Assembly (NCBI RefSeq): GCF_037042905.1
Contig: NC_087245.1
Coordinates: forward strand, 37,202,001-37,266,000
DNA from: Lytechinus pictus
Taxonomy: Eukaryota
Direction: 5' to 3'
DNA: 64,000 nt
Shown here: one piece after another, positions 26,731-38,700 of the stretch
How the letters are laid out: every line of letters starts with the position of its first letter
How positions within the stretch are numbered: the stretch's first letter is position 1
Translations under genes and position numbers: made by a program
Notes under the pieces: generated by a model
Databases searched by the model: none
What the model was told of the DNA's origin: nothing
What the model saw: the letters and a program-made list of their open reading frames with translations, nothing else

Positions 26731-29700
26731 CACTTTTACTGCTACCCCTTCTTCAACAATGACAATTACTAACTATAACTAATTTGATAATATTAAGAAT
26801 ATCAATAGTTAATGTTAATTACTGCAACTATACAAATACCTGATCTTAAATCTTGTTATATTACTTTTATTTTTCCTGTTGCTAAACCTTACACTATCTA
26901 GTTCGTTATGTTTTTGACTACACCCTAATGCAGGATTTCAAATCCTTCTACTAATAATCCATATATTTCTATTGTTTTAAGTTTATACAGCACCATACAT
27001 GGCACAGGTAATTTACTGCACTACAAGGAATACAACTACACTGAACACAATAAATAGCATGCAATCCTGTAATACTGAAATCTTACATATACACGACATT
27101 TAAATTCATATTTGGACACTCTGCAACTGCATGTCTCCCTTCATTACTGTCGATTTTCAGGTTAATCAGTTTGGCTTTTCTACCATTAAAACCTTGCTCT
27201 AATATACATGATTTCCCTTCCATATGGTTCATAATTGAAAAACATTTGTATGATTCTGTGAATTATCTATTCATTACATCAATGTAATAATTAATCACAG
27301 AAATTGAAAATTCTAATAAAATTCACAGCTTTAATGGTAATTTTCTCCATTGTATGTCTTCTCCAAAAGCAAATTTAGAAAGGCTCGAACCAATTCACAT
27401 CAATAGTGAAGTTTTATTTAATACTTCATAATGCTGTATCTTATTTATTCAATGTACTTTCTATGTCTGTTCATTAAATTTATATGTTTCCGATATTTCA
27501 TTAAGTGAAATCAATAATTTGATTAATGATACAAGTACATCCGCTTTTTATTAACTTAATTCATTTTCGGGCAACTGAATAATATCTGGCCCATGATATT
27601 CCAAATCATTTACAATCATTAGAGCAAGGAATTTTCTTGGTGACAATTCTCAATGTCTAAAGTCTTTTTTTTTATCAGCTTTCACAAGACAAAAAGTGCG
27701 CACATCCATGTTTTACTGACTGACGTGTTTTACCTTCTTATCCACGGGTTGTAGTAGATTCTGTATAAATCGTTAAAGTACAGGATTCAAAGAAATACAC
27801 AGATACAAAGAGCATTTAACAAACAACAGCAGGATTCATGGGGGTGTTTTATGAAGTGTTTTATCAGTGATTTTCACTGAAAAATGTTATAAGCTACTGA
27901 AATCCTTGCATCTGATTGGCTGAGAGCTAATTTGTCAATAAAATCACTGGCAAAATGCTTCATAAAACAAACCCATGGACAGAACGTACAAGAGCTGGAT
28001 ATTAATTCATTTCATAGGAGCATCATTTTGTTTATCGAAAGAAAAGTTTGTTACAAAAACGGATAAGAAATGAACGAGCAAAAGGATATAAATTGGCTAA
28101 ATAAATAAGAAACTGTGAGTGGTTATGGCAGTGTGAATGAAATAATCAGAAATCATTTTGACATTCAGCTTACAATGTTTATCCTATAATTACTTGTAAA
28201 AGCAATTAAATGAATTTACCGGTGAGGTAAAATATCTTAAATTTTTTTAAATGTTTGAAATGACTAATTATGGAAATTAATGATATTGCAAAGAAATAGC
28301 TTGACAGGTATGTAAACACAAATACAATGAAATAACCACAGTATTAGTCCATGAAACACATTACAATGACGACAGAGTTAAAGAAAGAATCTGGAATTGA
28401 GAGTGAGAAAAAGGAGACTGAAATAAATCCTTTCAATCTGATACAGACGAATCATTTCCTGGATGAAATCTGGGCTCCGTTTCATAAAAAGTCGCAATGG
28501 ATAACAATTCTCGCTCTAATGTCAACGTTCAATAGCCAATCAAAAAGCTGAATATCCACTGCTGCCACGGTAGTTGACATTCAAGCAAAAGTTGTTATCA
28601 TATCAACTATTTATGAAATAGGGCCATGAAAAAGCCTTGGAATATTCATTCCAAGAGCTGGGGGAATGAAAATGGACTCACTTTTCCGTCACGAGAGGGC
28701 GCCCCAGCTTTGGTGACCTTGGAGGCGAGCTCTGACCTTCTTCCCTGAACCTGCCGAGTTTAGGAGAGGCTGGTTGGTTGCGTAATACCTCGCTGGGTTT
28801 GGTAGTACCGGGGGGCATCGTGGGTAAGACGCGTACCATCTGAGTGCGCTCCATTGGTTGAGGTTTCTTGGCTACGATTGGTGGACTGCTGCCCTCTTTG
28901 GTGGGTACTAATTCATCCATGAGCTAATTGGAAAATCAGATATGAGTAATAATAATAATAATAAAAGTCCGTTCTTGTATAGCGCATAACACATTATGAA
29001 TAACGTCTCTATGCGCTTCCAAAGGACTTGGATATTATTACCCTGGCTGTAGCTCAAGCAGCTTTCCAGCGCTCATAACATGTATGGTAGTTATTAATCC
29101 AGGTATTAGATACTCAACAGATCTGGGTTCCAATTCCATTCACCCTTGAATTTGTTGATCTTGAATAAGTCAAAACTTAACTTGAGATATCAAGATGCAT
29201 TCATAAGACCCCTTTAATTTTGCAGTCGTATCAGTAACATTTTCTAAAAGTCTATGCTCTTTATCAGTAACAAAAAAAAATTAACATTGGCACATATTGA
29301 TATAAATATTTTCTAATGATATTAAGTTCATGATATTCTCATTATTTTGACTTTAACTGATTGAACTAAAAAAAATTCATAATGTTGATGATTGGAATAA
29401 TGCCATATGTATGATTGTAATCTATACACTTACTGGAAGAATAATCTTTTTTTTTGCGGGGGTAGTAGTATATACACTTTACTTTCTTTACCTGAATGAA
29501 TTTTAAAACAAATAAGAAACCTATTGGTTTTTCAGCAATAAATCATACCATCATTCCTAGGCAATATGGATGTATATGCACTTTTCCTCATCTTTGCTTC
29601 AGAAGGACCGTTACATCGAAATCACTCATTAAGATTATCCTCGTACCTTTAACGATGGTTATTAAAATTTGCTTATTTATCATTCGGAAGACTCCTACTG

Positions 29701-32700
29701 TAGTACCCTGTAACCATGGTAATTATCTCCTTATCAATTTATTACCAACCTCAGTACTAGATTGTGCCCTCTCTCTTAGATGAGAAAGTGAAGGTCTACT
29801 TCTCCTTCCCATTTTGCTGTCAGGGCCGGTAACCAAGGCAATCTTTGATCTCTCTACGCTCGTATCCAGACGCGATGTCTCCGGCATCAAGGCACTAAAC
29901 ACCTGGGAGTTAAAAAAGAAATTAAAACATCATGAAAGTATCCAATATGGTTTACTTAATTTTTTTTTTTTGACATACATCTCATCTTGTAGTCAGCACT
30001 TTATTCATACATGTTAAGAACCTTTTGCAATTTTCGTATCAGAGTTGAGGGGAAAACCCTGATGTAGTGGTCCACCTGCACATCCCTATCAGTTAAAATA
30101 GGTGGAAGCGCCCTGTTCTGACTCTCGCCTTGTAATCAGAGGGTCGTGTGTTCGAATCCCACCATGGCCTAGCACCCTTTGGAAAGGTGTCATTCCACAC
30201 TTTGCCACTCTCACACAGGTGCTAATTGGGTACCGGTAGGAAACAACCCTCATTGCGGTTTAGCAAGTGTGCGCCTAACAGGCTGCTTGAAATGCTATGA
30301 ATCCAGAGACCGGGTAATAATAATTGTGAAGCGCTTTGAACAGTCATAGATTGATAAAGCACTATATAAATGCCAATTATTATTATCATTATTATCATAA
30401 TATCAGGTAAACAGATGGCAACTAACACAGGTCTGACTGTGTCTGTTTGTCATATAATTCAATTCCCATCTATTGCATTGTGAATACCAGTTTATGAATA
30501 AGCACACTCTTGATACTGTATGAAATTCCACATGAAAAAAGATGCCAATTCCCTTTTGAAAATGAAAATGGTGCTGTTCCAGTTCAAATCTTGATGCAGC
30601 TGCACCCACTTGTCCACCCTCTTAACTTTCTACCGTTCCTGTTGTTCATTTCTTAAAGAAACATCTGTAACATTCCTTATTTGATTTAAGAATGTGGAAA
30701 ACAGGGACTAACATCATTCACCAAGTCACTGCCTACTTCTTGCTGCTCCTTCTCCTCCTCCTCCTCCTCTTCTTCATCCTCATCTGGTAACCCTGAGATA
30801 TGGTACGTTCCCTCCGTCCCTGATAGATCGCTGTCCGAATCATTCACTGATTGGTCATCTTCTTCTTCTTCTTGGTCCTCTATATGAGATGGTGGTGCTG
30901 ACCGCAGGGGTGCTGGAAAAAGGCAAGAACAGAACTGAACTTGATCAGGGTGTAGTGGTTGGTTGGGCTTGATCATGGTATGCTAATTGGGCTTGATCAG
31001 GGAATTGTGGTTGGGCTTGATCAGGGTGTGGTGGTTGGGCTTGATCAGGGTGTGGGGATTGGGCTTGATCATGGTATGCTGATTTGGCTTGATCAGGGAA
31101 TCGTGGTTGGGCTTGATCAGGGTGTGGTGGTTGGGCTTGATCATGGTATGCTAATTGGGCTTGATCAGGGAATTGTGGTTGGACTTGATCAGGGTGTGGT
31201 GGTTGGGCTTGATCATGGTATGCTAATTGGGCTTGATCAGGGAATTGTGGTTGGACTTGATCAGGGTGTGGTGGTTGGGCTTGATCATGGTATGGGGATT
31301 GGGCTTGGTCGTGGTGTGATGGTTGGGCTTGATCAGGGTATGGGAGTTGGGCTTGATCAGGGTGTGTAGTTGGGCTTGACAAGAAAATAGTGGTTGGGCT
31401 TGGTCAAGGTGTGATGGTTCGGATTAATTAGGGTGTGTTAGTTAGCCTTGATCAGGTTGTGCAAGTTGGGCTTGATCAGGTGTGGGGGTAAGAATCGATC
31501 AGGGAATGGGGTGGGGCTTGATCAGGTTGGGTGTAGGGCTTGAACGGGGTGTGGGGGTAGGGCTTGATCAGGATATGGGATGGGGCTTGATCAAGGTGGG
31601 GGTGGGGCTTGATCAGGTTGGGGTGGGGCTTGTTCAGGGTGTGGGGGTAGGGCTTGATCAGGGTGTGGGGGTGGGGCTTGATCAGGGTGGGGTGGGGCTT
31701 GATCAGGGTGTGGGGGTGGGGCTTGATCAGGGTGGGGTGGGGCTTGATCAGGGTGTGGGGGTTGGGCTTGATCAGGGTGTGTAGTTGGGCTTGATAAGAA
31801 AATAGTGGTTGGGCTTGGTCAAGGCGTGATGGTTGGGATTAATTAGGGTGTGTTAGTTAGCCTTGATCAGGTTGTGCAAGTTGGGCTTGATCAGCTGTGG
31901 GGGTAAGAATCGATCAGGGTATGGGGTGGGGCTTGATCAGGGCGTGGGGGTTGAGCTTGATCAGGGTGTGGGGTGGGGCTTGATCAGGGTGGGGGTGGGG
32001 CTTGATCAGGGTGTGGGGGTGGGGCTTGATCAGGGTGTGGGGGTGGGGCTTGATCAGGATGGGGGTGGGGCTTGATCAGGGTGTGGGGGTAGGGCTTGAT
32101 CAGGGTCTAATCAGCTTCTGTAGCTAGCTTTATAAACAAATAATATAAATAAAATAAACAAACCCCTTTCCCCTTATGGCTACATGTATGTCAGTAAGAT
32201 TAAAAAATAAATGTTTATCTTTTTTATCAAACCGATGTAATGACTATATCACTCTTGTCCCATATTGTGATATGTTATAATTTAACTGCATTACTACTTT
32301 TTAATTTTGTCATCAATTGCAAGTTAAATTCAGTTGTAGAAGTTAAGTTTACAATCCTCGTTGCAATTCATTGCAAATCCCCATTAGTATGCAATACTTG
32401 ATTATTATGAGGCTGTCAACTAGTAAGTACTTTGGGTGGCTAAAATACAGTATTTCCATCTTTTCTACAATTTGTGTTTGGAAACACACCATCAAACAAC
32501 GAATGCCTAGAAAGTACTACAATATACTCAAACCTAAATTGTGAAATTATCATGACAAAAATACTTGTCTTTTACAATGTGTATGTTAATTTCACAATCC
32601 ATATAGATTAGTATAATCATGGACCCTACATGGTATAATATACCATCAAATCCCTAGAACATGTAATGTACATATAGTCTAATATCTTTAATGTGTGTGA

Positions 32701-35700
32701 TCTATTTGGTAGTATCATTAGAATTGGAAGTCTATATCAATGGACGATACTCCAACATAACAGCTTAGCAGTAGCACTTGATAAAATATGTACAAGACAG
32801 CCCAATATTTATTTTGCTTTTGAAAAACTGAAATGTAAAAAAATAAAACAAATGAAGCACAGCGGGAAAATATCCTTGAACAGCCCTGTATATGACTTAC
32901 AATGAACAAAATAAAACAAAAGCTGTGAATTATGTGAAGAAATACTTGATCAACTCAAGAGATAACACATACATGTATGAACACTTTACAACATGCTACA
33001 TGTAACAAGATGACAACTGATAATACCATGAATATACGACAAATAAAATATAAAACCAATCAGGGTATACGTATATGGATGGGATCATACGAATTAGAAT
33101 ATCGTGATTAAATGAGATCATCATTTCCCTCCCTTTTTTGGCTGAATATATTGATGGCTGATTGAGAAAAAACACCGTACATAAATGATTAGATGTACTT
33201 CAAGATATCTTTCAAAACCCTTCAATAGGTCCCTCATAATACAAAAAACTTCTTCTTAAAAAAAGGGAAAGTTAATTTAAATCAAAGCAGACAAGGTGGA
33301 GAAAAAACAATTAAAAAGGTCAGATGAAAAAAATTAACATCAGATTTCTGAATTTCTAAGTTTTAAGTTTTGTGATATATGAAAGTAGCCCCCCCCCTCC
33401 CTCTGATGGCTTACAGTGGTTGTGTACAAATAAAATTATAATCCACTTTCTTCCCTATATTCAGGGAGAATAAGGGAGTTTTAATGAAATTAGGTAAAAG
33501 AGGTAGTTATGATATATAGAAATGAGATCATGTACAGCAAAAATGGAATGGTTTATACAGACATGCAGGCTATCATATCAAACATAGTCAAGTCATTCCA
33601 CCATCATTCCATTGTCACAAGTCCAAACCAAGACACATGCCATGCTTTTGATCTGTTTGGAGTCAACAGGTTAGTCATTTTGACTCTTCTATCACACTGT
33701 CTTCTTACCACATATAAGATGGCCCATGTCGAAGTCCCATTCAAAGTCTGTTCATTTATGAATTACATAACAAGTGTTAATCAAGATGACAATGAAGATG
33801 ATGATGGTGTTTATATCATGATCAAGATAGAATGGAGAGAAGGGGGGGGGGGGAGATAGAGGGAGAAGAAAGGGAGGGAGAAGAGAGGAGAAAGGAGGAG
33901 GAGGAACAATTTAAGGCCCGTATTCTGAAGTCAGATTTAACTTAGACCACGGTCTAAGTCTGTGCTAAAATTATGGAAAACCAAACATGTCAAAATTTTC
34001 CTTAAATTGCATGTTTCTTATGCTTACTGTGCTCTTTCATAACTTGTGAATTGTGAAGTTATCCTATTTATCTTTCCGAAACAGTTAGGAATGATTTGAG
34101 CGAAGCATGAGCTGATACGTTTATATTATATTGTTAAAGATTTATGCAATTATTGGCTGTCCATATTTAAACCACAACTTTAAACCAGAGTTTGAATTAA
34201 ACCCGACTTCAGAATACGGGCCTATAAACACAAAAGGAGATAAGGGCTGAGGCTGGATGTTTTTCATCCTTATCAAGAACGCTGTCACACCCGGCCCTTT
34301 TATTGGGTGATTTATCCCTTTCTCCCCTTTCATCTTAAGAGTGGAGGAGGGAGGACAGACGGAGAAGGGAAGGAAAGAGACAGGAGGAGAGGAGTGAGAC
34401 AGGAAGAGAGGGACAAACGTGCAGAGAGGGAGTATGGAGAGAGAGAAAGGGGGAGAGAATAAGGAAGGAAAGAGAAAATGAAGAGAGGAAGGGTAAAAAG
34501 AAATGACAGAGGTGAGGGAATAGAATAAGGAGAGAGGGAAGAGATGGACAGACAGAGAAAGCATGAAAGAAAAAACATGTAAATGAATGAGCAGCAAAAG
34601 GAAAAGGAAATGGTTTCAAAGCAAGATGATGGTATTTTTGAAAGAAAACATAAGAATGAAATACAATGAAAATAATAAATCATTAAAGAACTGAAAGAAA
34701 AAAAAGAAAATAATATGAAGTAGAAACAGATGAATTATGTGACATTATGAAATCAATTTATGAAGATACCGAATCATGCATGTACCAAGTTGAATTAGTG
34801 TGTTAAAAAGGAATTTTAGTTCATTTGCAACTTTGTTGAACAAAATGTTTTACAAGAAGTTAAGTGTGGAAAATAATGGAGTGAAAATGTCTGATATTGA
34901 TATGATATATAAATGTAAAAGAAATACTATGTAGTATTATATGTTCATGATAGTGAACAAATGTATCAAAATTGTATCACAGCAGTAGTATTAGAAGCAG
35001 TAATATTATGAATTATTAAAAGTTATTTTACACAAAATAATGGACTAAAAACAAATTCAAAATGAAAAGGGAAGTACGGGAAATGACACAAGCAATGATG
35101 TCATAGCAAGGTAGAGTGGACACAAGAGAATCGTAAACAGATGAAGAATATGTGAAATTAAACATTCGTAACAAAAATTGATCATGATTATATGAATGTA
35201 ACAATAAATCATGTATTCTTGACTGAACTTCAGCTGTTGACAATTCAATCTAAAAAAAATTCATTACATCTAAATAAGGACATGGCTGTAGTTCTCGTAA
35301 TTCTTTGAAATATCACAGTAAGAGTGGAAAATGAATACACAATCCTTCAAAGTTTGATGAAATGTTGATATTTGCTTGAATTCATCGTTTTGTTTTTCCT
35401 CACATGAAAAAAAAATCAAAAGTGATTGAATATCATGTACACCATGTGAAGGAAAATGAGTTTGAATGAAGGGTGAATAACATGACATCAAATGTGATAC
35501 ATTTAACATTTTACAGGATACATGGAAATGATAATAAAAATAAAAGACTCAACATTTTCATTTAGTAACAGTGGCACATGGCACTAAAAAACCTCATACG
35601 ACAAAAAAAATAATTTCATTAAATAAATTTAAAGCAACTAGAAAAGAAGCACAGCAAAGCTAGAAGAAGGGTGAATATTTTGACAAGAAGTTGAATGATG

Positions 35701-38700
35701 TAAATGAAAAGAATGCAATCGGTTGATCCCAGGCATATTAACATAAGTCTGTGCCATGTGTCAGGCAGGAATCCAGCTCAGTGTCTTTTACAGAAGTTTT
35801 CTTTAATTTCCTCATTGCTTTGTTTAGGTTGAATGGGGAAAAGATGCCAAAAGAACCCAACTCAGTGTCTTTTACAGTAGTTTTCTTGTATTTCCCCATT
35901 GCTTTCTTTAGGTTGAATGGGAAAAAGATGCCAAAAGAACCCAACTCAGTGTCTTTTACAGTAGTTTTCTTGTATTTTCCCCATTGCTTTGTTTAGGTTG
36001 AATGGGAAAAAGATGCTGACAGAATGAAACTCAGTCTTTAACAGTATTTTCTTTATTTTCCCCATTGCTTTGTTTTAGGGTGAGTGGGGAAAAGATGTGA
36101 AAGATCAAACTCGGTGTCTTTTACAGCAGTTTTCTTGTATTTCCCCCATTGCTTTGTTTAGGTTGAATGGGGAAAAGATACTGAAAGAATCCAACTCGGT
36201 GTTATTCACAGTGGCTTTCTCGTATTCCCCATAATTTTGCCAGAGCAGAAATAAGAAAAAGACGCTTAGTGTTAATCCCAGCGGAAGATGTGATGCTGAC
36301 TTTTGTTAAGGTGTCATAACATGACAATGTTAGTTGAAAGGGGGGTGTTTTGTAATTCTCTTGTAGTCCCTTTCTATTGCTTTTGTGCTTTGTTTCTTGA
36401 AAATCCTTTTAATGTTTATCTGGAATGTTTCATTTTTCTAACCCTGAGAAATGTTTTTATTTCTGGAAACAGCCTCTAACTATTATGCTGAATGTTGTTG
36501 AACAAATATCATCTGATATCAATGTCATATTAGATGAGACAGGGGTAGATAAGGGATTTTCCTTAAAAGTTTTGTGAAATTGACTAGAGCCAACCTACAT
36601 TTATTTTTTCAAAGAAGCACATGTTCATTAAAAACAAACAAAAAGAGTTTGGAATGGTTTTCAGTGAAAGGAAGTGCAAACTTAACATTTCTTTAATGAT
36701 TTTCCATTTATTTTTCAAAATTTATTTTATTTTCAATGTTTTTTTTTTAATTCTTCCTTCATTATTGAGTATTATTATTACTGAATCTATACTTTTATTA
36801 GTTATTTATAAATTTATTATTATAATTAATTTCTTACTATTACTATTATCATTATTATTATATTACTATTATTGTGATTATGATGTTGTTGATGACAAAC
36901 AACGGACGACATTTGGATCCCTTCACCTCTGGTGGGCGAGACAAAAATCAGTCACGCTAAGATATCGTAATTAGATTTATTTTCTGCCACATTAATTTGA
37001 TTTTTGTTAAGTTCCCGCAAGACTAGTTGCTCTAAAAGGGCAATTGCCATTCTTGCATAAGGTCATGTTATGAAAAGCATGAACTTTAATCTCAGGATGA
37101 AATAATGGTCATTAAGAGTCAAAAGAGCAAGAAGAATATTAGTCAAGCAAAGGACAGAGTGCAATAAAAAAAAAAAGCTTTACTGCATCAGGCTAAATAA
37201 GGGAAAATGCTGATGCAGGAGGGAGATTGACTCTTTAAGATGCATATTGCAAGAAATTCCATTATCTGGAATATATTTTCAAGTTTATAAATACACTGTG
37301 GCATTTCAATATTTTCCCTAAAGCCTTAATCTAATGATTGAGAATTTGAGCAACTATTTCAAAAGTAAAACATTATATATTGTATTACAAAGAAATCAAT
37401 ATGATTTTTGTTGGCTTTTGTTTCAAATTAATATTTGTTAGAATAGTCTTAAAAAGCTCCATCATTGCATTGTTGGGTTTTCTAAATCTCTTTAATTGGG
37501 CAATATTTATATCTTGCCAATCTTGGAGAAAAAATCTTATTGTTATTGACTGGTGTATCCCAATTATCACATATTTTGCAAATATATAAGTTTGTTATGA
37601 GAAAATGGAAGCTTTTGACAGCAAAAATCCCTTTGAAAGAGGTTAGTAAATTAAGGAGCAAGATTAGAGAAAGATGCGTTTTGATTAAAAGTTGGTTAAA
37701 AGTTGGCAAAGAGCTCAGTAGCAGTTAGTAAGAATAAACTGGCTGATTCACATTGATTAAAAGATCATTCCTTTTTAATTCTGTTCTTTAAATTTTTTAT
37801 GGCTACAAGACAAGAACTTTTTTCTAACATTTAAGCCAAACCAACTATCTTTATGTTGCCATGAAAGCATAGTGTAATAGATCGTTGACTGATTTCTGTA
37901 GTTTCTTTAGATCTTAATCGCCTTGTTCAATTATAGCCAATGGCTCTGACACTGACGCACAAAGCCCATGGTTCCTTTTTTTTTTGGTGGCATTTTTTAA
38001 ATTTGTGATTCATTGTTGCGATACAAGCTAAAAGAAAGTTGATTGAATGCAATAGTTGGTCTACAATTCTTCTATCTTCTTGGCTCATCTAATCCCATAC
38101 CCAATGATTTCACTTAAATTCTTAGTCGGATCACATCAGCCGAGATATGTGCAAATACAGCCAGATATTCTATGTTTAGATTCAGAGTTGGGTTAGTGAA
38201 TGGTTAGAGCCTGAAATGAAGAAGCTTGGCTGAAAGATTTGTTTGGCATACCTTCGGATGTTTCGTCTACTACCAATTCTTTCCCCTGGGCTTCCAGAAT
38301 AGCTTCGAAAGATGGGACCTGCGCCTGCCTTAGAAGTACTACATCTTCATCTAAAATGAATGGAGGGAAAGAGGCAATTTGCAGTTTGGAGTTTAATACC
38401 ACACCAGACAGAGAGAGAGAGAGAAAGATGCAAGAGTATCTCAAGAAAGGAATGCTTGGCTTAGACTTCTGATATAGACCAAGATTTAGAGATTCTGATT
38501 TGGAGATGTAATAACTATGAGTGACTTTGGTGGATATTCATCGTCTGGAAAAAGTGGGATCCAACGACCTAAACAAATGAATACTTGATGATGACCATGA
38601 CAATGATGATAATGATGACGATGATGATGAAAATGACAATGATGATGCCAGTGCTGTTGATCATGATGATGATGAGGAAAATGAAGAAGATGATGACGAT

